A stretch of 43,575 nucleotides of DNA from a bacterium (GTDB lineage Bacteria > Hydrothermota > Tepidihabitantia > Tepidihabitantales > Tepidihabitantaceae). The notes below the pieces were generated by a model. It saw nothing but the letters and a program-made list of their open reading frames with translations, did no database searches and was not told where the DNA came from. Every line of letters starts with the position of its first letter. Within the stretch, counting starts at the first letter, position 1. This document shows positions 31,436-39,938 of this stretch, in pieces. The stretch is from the NCBI GenBank assembly GCA_046484845.1, contig JAWOIB010000114.1, positions 1-43,575 on the forward strand, in the 5' to 3' direction. A program made the position numbers and the translations under genes.

Positions 31436-32001
31436 TGCTGGTTCCTGAGGACCAAGACCTCTACCCGGCGGTTGCGGGTGCGCCCGTCCGGGGTGGCGTT
31501 CGAGTCCCGGGGACGGGTTGCCCCGGCGCTCCTGACTTCCAGCCGGTCGGCCGCGATTCCCCAGTCCGCCAGCCCGCGGGCGACCGCGGCCGCGCCGGCG
31601 GCGGCGTAATGCCAAGAGCTGGGGTGAAGGCCTTTGACCCGGGCGGGGAGTTCGCCGGCGTCGGTGTGCCCGGTGATGGTGACGGTCTCGCTGGACTGCT
31701 GGAGCATCGTCACGATACCGCGCAGGGTACTTTCGCCGCCGGTCCCGATGGCCAGCGCCTCGGAGGAGCCGAAGAGTTCGTCGAAGGTGAAAATGGCCGC
31801 GAAGGCGGTCTCGGGCCGGACGTCGCGGCGGTCGAGGTCGGCGCGCAGGGACTCAATTTCGCTGGTCCACATCCCGATTTCGTCGAGCTGGCGCGCGGAG
31901 CGGCGCAGGGTCGGGACGTGCACCGCGTTGTAGAGGATGAGTCCGAGCGCAACAACCGCCAGCAGCAGCAGCCAGCCGAGAAAGCTGAAGAGGCTTTTCA
32001 T
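31432..32001 (-). CDS. OmpA/MotB-domain protein (N-terminal TM anchor, C-terminal peptidoglycan-binding domain)
   Basis: The N-terminal TM segment is MKSLFSFLGWLLLLAVVALGLILY. The OmpA-like C-terminus reads ITGHTD...ARGLADWGIAADRLEVRSAGATRP...TPDGRTRNRRVEVLV. The start abuts the valS stop with no gap. Confidence 0.8.
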   Translation of the reverse strand: MKSLFSFLGWLLLLAVVALGLILYNAVHVPTLRRSARQLDEIGMWTSEIESLRADLDRRDVRPETAFAAIFTFDELFGSSEALAIGTGGESTLRGIVTMLQQSSETVTITGHTDAGELPARVKGLHPSSWHYAAAGAAAVARGLADWGIAADRLEVRSAGATRPRDSNATPDGRTRNRRVEVLVLRNQQ

Positions 32002-34644
32002 CTAGAGGGACTCCAGCTGGCGTTTCAACCGGGCAAGACGGTCCTTCATCTCGGCCTGGCGGGCGCGCTCGTTTTCGACGACCTCCGGCCGGGCCCGGGC
32101 GGCGAATTCGGGGTTGGCGAACTTGGCGTCAATGCCGGCCAGCGCCTGGCGCAGGTTCGCGAGCTCCCTGCCGATGCGGGTCGCTTCCTGTTCGAGGTCC
32201 ACGATGCCTTCAAGCGGGACATAGAGTTCTGCCCCGGCGATGACCGCCAGCGAGGATTTCGCCGGGCGGTCGCCGGGCGGCCCGCAGTCGAGCCGGCTCA
32301 CCCGGGCCATCGTCCGCACCAGTCCGGCGCCGGCATCGAGGAAGGCGAGCAGGCCGGTGTCCGCGCTCCTGACCAGGCAGGTGATTTCGGCCTTCGCGGG
32401 CACCCGCATTTCCGAGCGGATGTTCCGCACCGCGCTGACGAGCTCGCGCAGGGCCTCGACCCGGGCGACCTCCGCGGTATTGCAGGCGAGCGGGCCCGGC
32501 CAGCTGGAGGACAGGATTGAGCGGGAGGCCGCATCGCCCGCCGCCGGCCCGTAGCCGAGTTTCTGCCAGAGTTCTTCGGTGATGAAGGGCATCAGCGGGT
32601 GCAGGAGCTGGAGCGTGCCCCGGAACAGTTCGCGGACGGTCGCGGTTGCGGCCGGGTCGCCCGCGCGCAGGCGGGCCTTGGCGAACTCGAGGTACCAGTC
32701 GCAGAGGTCGTGCCGGAAGAAGTCGTAGAGCGCGGCGGCGACCTGCGAGAAGGCGTAGCGGTCGAAGCCGTCGTCGACCCGCGCCAGCAGTTCATTGAAT
32801 CGGTGCTTTATCCAGTTGTCGACCGGGTCCGGCGGCGCGTCACCGGCCGCGGCCGCGGCCACCTGCGGCGCGACCAGCCGGCAGGCGTTCCAGATTTTGT
32901 TGGCGAAGTTGCGGCCCAGCTCGAAGCGTTCGTTCCAGAGCCGGTAGCTCTGGGACTGGCTTTCGAGGTAGCAGATGGTGAACCGGGCGGCGTCGGTGCC
33001 GTATTCGTCGAAGATGACGAGCGGGTCCACCCCGATGCCCTTGGAACGGCTCATCCGGGCGCCGGTCTTGTCGAGCACCGTCGAGTGAATGTAGACGTCC
33101 CGGAAGGGCACCGTGCCGGTGAACTCGAGCGCCGAGAATATCATCCGGGCTTCCCAGCGGAAGATGATGTCCGGGTCGGTGGTCAGGAAGTCAGTCGGAT
33201 AGAATTTGCGGTAGTCCGGGGTGTCCCCCGGCCAGCCCATCGTCGAGAAGGGCCAGAGGGCGGAACTGAACCAGGTGTCGAGCACGTCTTCGTCCTGGCG
33301 AAGCTGTGTGGAGCCGCATTCGGGGCAGGCCGCCGGGGTGTCCCGGCTGACGATGACCTCGCCGCAGGCGCAGTACCAGACGGGTATCCGGTGGCCCCAC
33401 CAGAGCTGGCGGGAGATGCACCAGTCGCGGATGTTTTTCATCCAGTCGAGGTAGACCTTGTTCCAGCGCTCGGGGTGGAAGCGGACCCGGCCGTCTTCAA
33501 CCGCCTTGATGGCCGGCTCGGCCAGCGGCTGCATCCGCACCCACCACTGCATCGAGGCCAGCGGCTCGATGGTTTCTTCGCAGCGGTCGCAGGTACCGAC
33601 CGCGTGCCGGTAGGGCTCGACCTTTTCGAGCAGGCCGGCCGCTTCGAGGTCCGCGACTACCTCCCGGCGGCAGTCTTCGCGGCTCATCCCGCGGTACTTT
33701 TCCGGGACGGCGTCGGTCATCTTCGCGTCGTCGCCGATGACGGTGACGCGCTCGAGCTTGTGCCGCTCGCCGATTTCGAAGTCCACCGGGTCGTGGGCCG
33801 GGGTGACCTTGACCGCGCCGGTGCCGAACCCGGCCTCGACCGCGCCGTCGGCAACGACCGGGATTTCCCGGCCGGTCAGCGGCAGCGAGAGCCGCCGGCC
33901 GACGAACCCGCGGAACCGCTCGTCGTCCGGGTTCACCGCCACCGCGGTGTCGCCGAGCATGGTCTCAGGCCGGGTGGTCGCGACGGTCAGGTGGCGCGAA
34001 GGGTCGCCGGCCAGCGGGTAGCGGATGTACCAGAGCGAGGTATCCTCTTCCCTGAACTTCACCTCGAGGTCGGAGACCGCGGTGCCGCAGCGCGGGCACC
34101 AGTTGACGATGCGCAGGCCACGGTAAACCAGGCCCTTCTCGTGGTAGCGGACAAACGCCTCCCGCACCGCCCGGGACAGCCCTTGGTCGAGGGTGAAGCG
34201 CAGCCGGGTCCAGTCCAGGCAGCAGCCCAGCCCGCGCAGCTGGTTGATTATCTCCCCGCCGTAGCGTTCCTTCCACTGCCAGGCCCGCTTGAGAAACTCT
34301 TCCCGGCCGATGTCGAACCTGGTCTTGCCTTCCTGCGCCAGCATCCGCTCGACCTTGACCTGCGTGCCGATGCCGGCGTGGTCGGTGCCGGGCAGCCAGA
34401 GCGTTTCGAACCCCTGCATCCGCTTGCGCCGGATGAGCATGTCCGGCAGGCCGTTGTCGAGCGCGTGGCCCATGTGCAGGGAGCCGGTCACGTTCGGCGG
34501 CGGGATGACGATTGAGTACTTCGGCTTCGGCGACGCCGCGTCAGCGGTGAAGAACCCGCTGTCTTCCCAGAACTTATACCACTTCGCCTCGACCGGGCCG
34601 GGGTCGTAGCGGGTCGGGAACGTATGCGCGGGGGTATCTACCAT
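32002..34644 (-). CDS. valS: valine--tRNA ligase
   Basis: The 880-aa product contains PPPNVTGSLHMGHA (HIGH region), RMSRSKG (KMSKS region), an editing domain, and the C-terminal coiled coil typical of ValRS. Confidence 0.95.
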   Translation of the reverse strand: MVDTPAHTFPTRYDPGPVEAKWYKFWEDSGFFTADAASPKPKYSIVIPPPNVTGSLHMGHALDNGLPDMLIRRKRMQGFETLWLPGTDHAGIGTQVKVERMLAQEGKTRFDIGREEFLKRAWQWKERYGGEIINQLRGLGCCLDWTRLRFTLDQGLSRAVREAFVRYHEKGLVYRGLRIVNWCPRCGTAVSDLEVKFREEDTSLWYIRYPLAGDPSRHLTVATTRPETMLGDTAVAVNPDDERFRGFVGRRLSLPLTGREIPVVADGAVEAGFGTGAVKVTPAHDPVDFEIGERHKLERVTVIGDDAKMTDAVPEKYRGMSREDCRREVVADLEAAGLLEKVEPYRHAVGTCDRCEETIEPLASMQWWVRMQPLAEPAIKAVEDGRVRFHPERWNKVYLDWMKNIRDWCISRQLWWGHRIPVWYCACGEVIVSRDTPAACPECGSTQLRQDEDVLDTWFSSALWPFSTMGWPGDTPDYRKFYPTDFLTTDPDIIFRWEARMIFSALEFTGTVPFRDVYIHSTVLDKTGARMSRSKGIGVDPLVIFDEYGTDAARFTICYLESQSQSYRLWNERFELGRNFANKIWNACRLVAPQVAAAAAGDAPPDPVDNWIKHRFNELLARVDDGFDRYAFSQVAAALYDFFRHDLCDWYLEFAKARLRAGDPAATATVRELFRGTLQLLHPLMPFITEELWQKLGYGPAAGDAASRSILSSSWPGPLACNTAEVARVEALRELVSAVRNIRSEMRVPAKAEITCLVRSADTGLLAFLDAGAGLVRTMARVSRLDCGPPGDRPAKSSLAVIAGAELYVPLEGIVDLEQEATRIGRELANLRQALAGIDAKFANPEFAARARPEVVENERARQAEMKDRLARLKRQLESL

Positions 34645-34652
34645 GTCGCGAG

Positions 34653-34680
34653 ATTATAGGATGGCGCGATACCCTGTCAA
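34653..34680 (-). promoter_or_regulatory. consensus promoter TTGACA-N16-TATAAT; valS ATG 34644 lies 8 nt after the -10 box (leaderless geometry)
   Basis: The reverse complement of 34675..34680 is TTGACA, which contains the TGA stop of the upstream DedA-like gene. The reverse complement of 34653..34658 is TATAAT. Confidence 0.6.
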
Positions 34681-35435
34681 TGCGGCTCCCGGCCGACGCC
34701 GCTCCAGCGCTCGAGCAGTTGCGTTACCCGGCGCCGGAAGCGGAGGTAGAGCAGGACCGCGACCAGCGCCGCCGCGCCCAGCAGCAGCCATTCCAACCAT
34801 CCGAACCGGGTCGCACCACTACCCAGCCCGCATTCGAGCAGGCTGGTCGGCAGCCGGGCGAGGAACACAACCGTAAGGAACAGCGGCAGGGGCAGGGCGG
34901 TCAGCCCGGCGATGTAATAAGCAAGGTCTCCGACCGGGTTGGGAATAAGTATCAGCAGGAACACGTAGAATGCCCCGCGCCGGATGACCATGCGGTCGAG
35001 CTGCGCGAGCCGGTCGGCCGATACGAAGAAGCGCAGCAGCCGCCGGCCCAGGATTCGCGCCAGCAGGAAATTGATGGTGGCGCCGAGCATGATGCCGACC
35101 ATCAGCCAGGCGATGCCGGGCCAGAAGCCGTAGGCGTACCCGACCGCGAACGACAGCGGGTGCCCGGGCAGGGGCGCGAGCAATATCTGGAGGACCTGGA
35201 AGCCGATGATGCCGAGCGGGGCCCAGGCGCCCCAGCCGGCCACGAGCGCGCGCAGTTCCGCCGGGCGGCGGAACAGGTGCCAGAGTTGCCGGCCGTAGAG
35301 CAGGAGCAGGGTGATGGCCGCGGCGACGAGCAACCCGGTCAGCACGGCGGATACAACCGCGCCTTTGGGCCTGTCGCCCGGTCCGCCCCCGGCGGCGGGG
35401 GCGTCGGGGTGGTCGGCGCTGTCGGGACCAGCCAT
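34677..35435 (-). CDS. TVP38/TMEM64 (DedA/SNARE-associated) family membrane protein
   Basis: Multiple TM segments are present. Family-like blocks include LLAPLPGHPLSFAVGYAYGFWPG and IPNPVGDLAYYIAGLT. I prefer the start at ATG 35435; the ORF-track start is 35483. Confidence 0.75.
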   Translation of the reverse strand: MAGPDSADHPDAPAAGGGPGDRPKGAVVSAVLTGLLVAAAITLLLLYGRQLWHLFRRPAELRALVAGWGAWAPLGIIGFQVLQILLAPLPGHPLSFAVGYAYGFWPGIAWLMVGIMLGATINFLLARILGRRLLRFFVSADRLAQLDRMVIRRGAFYVFLLILIPNPVGDLAYYIAGLTALPLPLFLTVVFLARLPTSLLECGLGSGATRFGWLEWLLLGAAALVAVLLYLRFRRRVTQLLERWSGVGREPH

Positions 35436-35443
35436 CAGGCTCA

Positions 35444-35471
35444 AGGATATTGAGCCGGCCCGGGAAGTAAA
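35444..35471 (-). promoter_or_regulatory. promoter TTTACT-N16-TATCCT; ATG 35435 lies 8 nt after the -10 box
   Basis: The hexamers are the reverse complements of 35466..35471 and 35444..35449. Both are weaker matches to consensus. Confidence 0.35.
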
Positions 35472-35476
35472 GCCGG

Positions 35477-35504
35477 TTGACACGAGAGACAGCGTGCCGA
35501 TAAT
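35477..35504 (+). promoter_or_regulatory. promoter TTGACA-N16-GATAAT for the FG-GAP protein gene (34-nt leader with AAGGAGG SD)
   Basis: Read directly from the sequence. Confidence 0.55.
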
Positions 35505-35538
35505 CGGTCAGCGGCGTCCGCACAAAAAGGAGGCGTTC

Positions 35539-37425
35539 ATGATGCTGGCCGTGCTCGCTCTGCTGCCCGGGCTGTTCATCCCGCCCGGCGCGACCGCGAC
35601 CGTCGGCCGCACGTCCGCGGCCGGAATCGACCATCACAGCTTCACGCACGGGGAAGCGCTCGACGATACCACGATAATGCTCAGCGACCGCTGGGGCGTG
35701 ACCATCAACACCGGCTTCTTCACCGGCGGCACGAAGCCGGGCATCGCGGTCCGCCTGTCCCGGCCCGCGTACGAAAACCCGGGACTGAGCGTTTCGAAGC
35801 TGGTCGTGCTCGATTACGACTTAAGGGTGATGTGGCAGGACTCCTGGGGCTACTCCGGGAACCCGGAGATGGGCTCGGTCACCGTCGCGGACCTCGACGG
35901 CGACGGCCGCGACGAGGTCATCATCCCGTTCGCCCAGACCTTCTTCGACGTGCCGCCGCTGTACAAGAACCGAATCCTGGTGCTCGACGGTGCGACCGGC
36001 GCGGTCCGGCCCGGCTGGCCGTTCATCCTGCCCGGCTGGCCCGAGGACCCGTACCACAAGGTCCCGTCCGAGGTCGCGGCCGCGGACCTCACCGGCGACG
36101 GCCGGCTGGAAATCGTCGTCCAGGTCTCGGACCTCGGCTCGATCCGCAAGCCTGGGAACGGGGTCTACCTGCTCAACGCGGACGGGGACTCGCTCTGGAA
36201 ATACCTGTTCTACAAGGACAGCATCCACCGGCACGGCTCCTATACCAGCCCGGCGGTCGCGGACATTGACGGTGACGGCATCCCGGAGATCCTCTGCCAC
36301 ATCGGGGTGTTCTCCGACGACCATCCCTACCCGGTGGTCGAGAAGCGCTTCTTCATCATGAATGCCGACGGCACGGTCCGCCGCCAGTGGCAGACCGAAG
36401 GCCCGGGCGGAGGCTGGTCGCCGGACTACGCCTCGCCCGCGGTCGCGGACCTCGACGGCGACGGCCGGCCGGAGATTGTCGTCGTCCGGCGCCGCGGCTG
36501 GCTCGACTGCTACGACACGCTCGGCAACATGCGCCCCGGCTTCCCGGTCGACCTCCACATCGATGCCGGGTACTACCCGCCGACGCGTGAAATCACCCGG
36601 GCTTTCGCCACCCCGGCGCTGGCGGACCTCACCGGCGACGGCCGGCTGGAGATAGTCTTCGGCAGTTCGGGCCGGGAATCCTGCAACACCCGCTGGGCGG
36701 GCCGGGTCCACGCCTTCGATGCGGACGGCAACGCCCTGCCCGGCTTCCCGGTCGCGACCCGCAACGCCATCTGGTACTCGCCCGCGGTCGGCAACGTGGA
36801 CAGCGACCCCGGCCTGGAAATCATCACCGCCGGCTGTGACTCCAGCTTCTACGCCCTCGACGCGGCGGGCAGTCACCTGCCGGGCTGGCCCAGGACCGGC
36901 TTCCCGACCTACTGGCTTCCCGACCGCGGCTCCTACGCCTTCATCGAAGGCATCATCCCGATGTCGAGGACGCCGTTCCTTGCCGACCCGGACCTTGACG
37001 GGCTGGTGGACATCCTGATGTCCGGTGCGGACGGCAGCTTCCACGCCTGGCGCACGGAGGCCGAATACGACCCGCTGCGCCTGCCCTGCCCGACGTTCCG
37101 GTTCGACCGCGAGCGCACCGGCTGGTACCGGGCGCCGCCGACCGGGGTCGCCGGGCCGCGTCCCGTGCCCGCGGCCCGTCCCGCGCTCGTCGGCCCTGCC
37201 ATCCGGCGTCCGGGTCCGGTCCGGCTGAACCTGCCCGGACCGGCGGGCGCTTCCCGCGCGGCCGTGGCGCGCGACGCCGCCGGCCGGACCCTGCGCAGCT
37301 GGCCCGCGGCCGGGGAAGCGGGCGGCCGGACGCTCGAACTCGACCTCACCGGCCTGCCGGCCGGGGTGGTGTTTATCGGCGTGGCAGGGGAGAGCGGGAC
37401 GCTGCGGCTGGTGCTGGTGGACTGA
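35539..37425 (+). CDS. secreted FG-GAP/VCBS-repeat (integrin-alpha-like 7-blade propeller) protein with a T9SS-type C-terminal domain
   Basis: An AAGGAGG Shine-Dalgarno sequence precedes ATG 35539, which is followed by a signal peptide. There are seven 'ADLDGDGR.EIV'-type Ca-binding FG-GAP repeats. The C-terminus reads GVVFIGVAGESGTLRLVLVD. Confidence 0.8.
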   Translation: MMLAVLALLPGLFIPPGATATVGRTSAAGIDHHSFTHGEALDDTTIMLSDRWGVTINTGFFTGGTKPGIAVRLSRPAYENPGLSVSKLVVLDYDLRVMWQDSWGYSGNPEMGSVTVADLDGDGRDEVIIPFAQTFFDVPPLYKNRILVLDGATGAVRPGWPFILPGWPEDPYHKVPSEVAAADLTGDGRLEIVVQVSDLGSIRKPGNGVYLLNADGDSLWKYLFYKDSIHRHGSYTSPAVADIDGDGIPEILCHIGVFSDDHPYPVVEKRFFIMNADGTVRRQWQTEGPGGGWSPDYASPAVADLDGDGRPEIVVVRRRGWLDCYDTLGNMRPGFPVDLHIDAGYYPPTREITRAFATPALADLTGDGRLEIVFGSSGRESCNTRWAGRVHAFDADGNALPGFPVATRNAIWYSPAVGNVDSDPGLEIITAGCDSSFYALDAAGSHLPGWPRTGFPTYWLPDRGSYAFIEGIIPMSRTPFLADPDLDGLVDILMSGADGSFHAWRTEAEYDPLRLPCPTFRFDRERTGWYRAPPTGVAGPRPVPAARPALVGPAIRRPGPVRLNLPGPAGASRAAVARDAAGRTLRSWPAAGEAGGRTLELDLTGLPAGVVFIGVAGESGTLRLVLVD

Positions 37426-37439
37426 GCCGGCCCCTGCGG

Positions 37440-38948
37440 TCAGGCCGCGAACAGGCTGTGGCTGGAGAACTGCGGGTCGCTGGTCAGGTTCACGCCGAGC
37501 TTGCGCAGGCCCTCCTCGTCCCCCGGGGTGGGGATGTGGGTGCTGTGAACCTCGCAGCCCCGCAGGTGCTGGAGCTGTTCCAGCGCCAGCTTCGCGGTCG
37601 GGTTGGTGGTGGCGCTGACACTCAGCGCGACCAGGGTTTCCGCAAGGTCGAGGCTGGCCGCGGTCTTCTTCAGGATGTGCCGGTCGAGGCTGGCGATCGC
37701 CTCGATGACCGCGGGTGACAGCAGGTGGAGCTGGTCCGGCAGGCCGGCCAACTGCTTGGCGGCGTTGAGCACCAGGCTGGAGGCGGCGTGCATCTGCGGT
37801 GAGTTCTTGCCGGTGACGACGGTGCCGTCGGGCAACTGGATGGCGGTGCCGCAGAAAATGCCCTCGTGTCCCTTCCCCGTCGCCTGGGCTTCCGCCGCGG
37901 CCCGGCGCGCGGGCTCGACCACCGCCCGGTCCTCGGGCGCGAGCCCGAGCTCCCGCAGGAGCAGTTCCGACTTCTGGACCGTCTCCCGGCTCACGAAACC
38001 CATCACGTGCTCGCACCGGTACCGGAAATACCGCCGGATGACCTCCTGCCGGGCGGCTTCCCGCACCGTCTCGTCGTCGGTGATGCCGAACCCGGCCCGG
38101 TTGACGCCCATGTCGGTCGGCGACCGGTAGCGCGACTCGCCCGAGATCCGGGCCAGGATACGGCGCAGGACCGGGAAGACCTCGACGTCCCGGTTGTAGT
38201 TCACCGCGGTTTCGCCGCAGGCTTCCAGGTGGTACGGGTCGATGACGTTGCGGTCCTGGAGGTCCGCGGTCGCGGCCTCGTAGGCGACGTTGACCGGGTG
38301 CTTGAGCGGGAGGTTCCAGACCGGGAAGGTCTCGAACTTGGCGTACCCGGACTTCACCCCGCGCCGGTGGTCGTGGTAGAGCTGGGAAAGGCAGGTCGCC
38401 AGCTTGCCGCTTCCCGGGCCGGGCCCGGTCACCACTACCAGCCGGTTGCCGGTTTCGATGTAGCTGTTGGCGCCGTAGCCTTCCTCGCTGACGATGGTGT
38501 CGACGTCGGTTGGGTAGCCCCTGGTGTAGCGGTGGGTGTGGACGCTCACTCCCCGGTGCTCCAGCTTGTTCCGGAAGACCGCCGCGGCGGGCTGGTCGTC
38601 GAACCGGGTGATGACCACCGCAGAGACCGACAGCCCCTGTTCCTTCAGGTCGTCAATCAGCTTCAGCGCGTCCGCGTCGTAGGTGATGCCGAAATCGGCC
38701 CGGATTTTCCGGCGTTCGATGTCGCCGGCGTGGATGCAGAGGATGATGTCGGCGTCGTCGCGCAGCATCCGGAGTAGCTCCATCTTGACGTTGGGGTCGA
38801 ACCCGGGGAGCACGCGCGCCGCGTGGTAGTCATAAACCAGCTTGCCGCCCAGTTCGAGGTAGAGCTTACTGCCGAACTCGGCCACACGCGCGCGGATCGC
38901 CGCCGACTGCTCGGCGAGGTACTTCCGGTTGTCGAACCCGGGCTTCAT
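37440..38948 (-). CDS. DUF1846 (UPF0371) family protein
   Basis: The sequence MKPGFDNRKYLAEQSAAI...LYLELGGKL.YD.HAARVLPGFDPN matches the N-terminus I remember for UPF0371 proteins of about 500 aa. The ORF-track start at 38960 adds 4 aa. Confidence 0.8.
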   Translation of the reverse strand: MKPGFDNRKYLAEQSAAIRARVAEFGSKLYLELGGKLVYDYHAARVLPGFDPNVKMELLRMLRDDADIILCIHAGDIERRKIRADFGITYDADALKLIDDLKEQGLSVSAVVITRFDDQPAAAVFRNKLEHRGVSVHTHRYTRGYPTDVDTIVSEEGYGANSYIETGNRLVVVTGPGPGSGKLATCLSQLYHDHRRGVKSGYAKFETFPVWNLPLKHPVNVAYEAATADLQDRNVIDPYHLEACGETAVNYNRDVEVFPVLRRILARISGESRYRSPTDMGVNRAGFGITDDETVREAARQEVIRRYFRYRCEHVMGFVSRETVQKSELLLRELGLAPEDRAVVEPARRAAAEAQATGKGHEGIFCGTAIQLPDGTVVTGKNSPQMHAASSLVLNAAKQLAGLPDQLHLLSPAVIEAIASLDRHILKKTAASLDLAETLVALSVSATTNPTAKLALEQLQHLRGCEVHSTHIPTPGDEEGLRKLGVNLTSDPQFSSHSLFAA

Positions 38949-38993
38949 TCGAAGGGGCATATCCGCGCGGCAACTGCCTCAGTCATCATCCCA

Positions 38994-39022
38994 GCAATAC
39001 CCGAAACCCGCTCGCCTGTCAA
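38994..39022 (-). promoter_or_regulatory. promoter TTGACA-N17-TATTGC upstream of the DUF1846 gene
   Basis: The hexamers are the reverse complements of 39017..39022 and 38994..38999. Confidence 0.45.
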
Positions 39023-39068
39023 AGAACGCCGGTCGGCAGGCCCGGGAGTCCGGCGGCGCGCCGCGGGT

Positions 39069-39389
39069 TCAGCCGCGCCACTGGAACCGGCGGAGAGAGA
39101 AGCGGCCGTCCGGCCCGAACTCGACGTCCTCCTGCTCCAGCAGTCTGCGCTGGAGCCTGCCGCCCTCGCCGGGCAGGGAGACGACGCCCTTCGAACTGAC
39201 GACCCGGTGCCAGGGCAGGCCGTGCTTCTCCGACATCGCCCAGAGAGCGCGCGCGACCAGCCGCGCGCCCGACGGGCTGCCGGCCATCGCCGCGACCTGG
39301 CCGTAGGTCGCGACCCGGCCCGCGGGAATGGAGCTCACGACGGTCGCCACCCGGGTGGCGAAGGTGGCGGCCGGGGAGGCAGCGGGCAT
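39069..39389 (-). CDS. alkyltransferase-like (ATL) protein, MGMT DNA-binding domain without the acceptor Cys
   Basis: The sequence IPAGRVATYGQVAAMAG...ARLVARAL...LPWHRVV shows the canonical PCHRV site replaced by PWHRV, as in ATL proteins. The start shares one base with the upstream stop (TGATG). Confidence 0.8.
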   Translation of the reverse strand: MPAASPAATFATRVATVVSSIPAGRVATYGQVAAMAGSPSGARLVARALWAMSEKHGLPWHRVVSSKGVVSLPGEGGRLQRRLLEQEDVEFGPDGRFSLRRFQWRG

Positions 39390-39865
39390 CAGCCGCCGGC
39401 CGCAGAACCCAGCAGGAACCCGGCCAGCGGCGCGATGGCGGCCCGGTCGGTATGGTCGACGTCACGCGCCTTCATCAGCTTCATCACGGTCCGCTCGATG
39501 GCATTCAGCCTGGCCAGCTCGATGCGGCCGCGCAGGAAGAAGAACCGCATCCCGGCCCGCACCTCCTCGGGCAGGGCGTTGTCGTAGCCCTTGCGCGCGT
39601 CCGGGCTGTCCGGTTCCGCGGCCCCGACCGCGAAGAAGGCGACGCGCTTGCCGGCAAGCCGCGGCGCGCAGGCCTTCACGAACCCGGCCAGTTTCAACTG
39701 TCCCGCATAGTAAGGACAGCCGAACGCAACCGCGTCATACCCGGCGAACTCAAGCTTCTTCGCCTCGGCCTGCGGCACCAGTTCGGCCCCGGTCGCCTCG
39801 GCCAGCCACTCGGCGTAAGTTCGTGTCGAGCCATACTTCGAGTAGTAGATGACAACGCTCTTCAT
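39389..39865 (-). CDS. flavodoxin-domain protein
   Basis: The N-terminus MKSVVIYYSKYGSTRTYAEWLAE is a flavodoxin-like FMN-binding P-loop-type segment. The size (158 aa) fits the family, and an AGGAGAGAGGAAG Shine-Dalgarno region lies upstream. Confidence 0.7.
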   Translation of the reverse strand: MKSVVIYYSKYGSTRTYAEWLAEATGAELVPQAEAKKLEFAGYDAVAFGCPYYAGQLKLAGFVKACAPRLAGKRVAFFAVGAAEPDSPDARKGYDNALPEEVRAGMRFFFLRGRIELARLNAIERTVMKLMKARDVDHTDRAAIAPLAGFLLGSAAGG

Positions 39866-39938
39866 CGTTCTTCCTCTCTCCTGTCCAACTGCAGCGTTCC
39901 TCCGGATTTCCCGGTCCGTCCTGCCCGCGCCCGCGCGC

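Noticed and set aside
32599-34515. A 638-aa plus-strand ORF antisense to valS.
   Set aside because: This is the same GC-driven artefact. It shows no family signature, whereas the opposite strand encodes a complete ValRS.
35821-38016. A 731-aa minus-strand ORF overlapping the FG-GAP gene and the 3' end of the DUF1846 gene.
   Set aside because: It crosses a convergent gene junction, and its translation is Arg/Gly/Pro-rich junk. The FG-GAP repeats on the plus strand are unambiguous.
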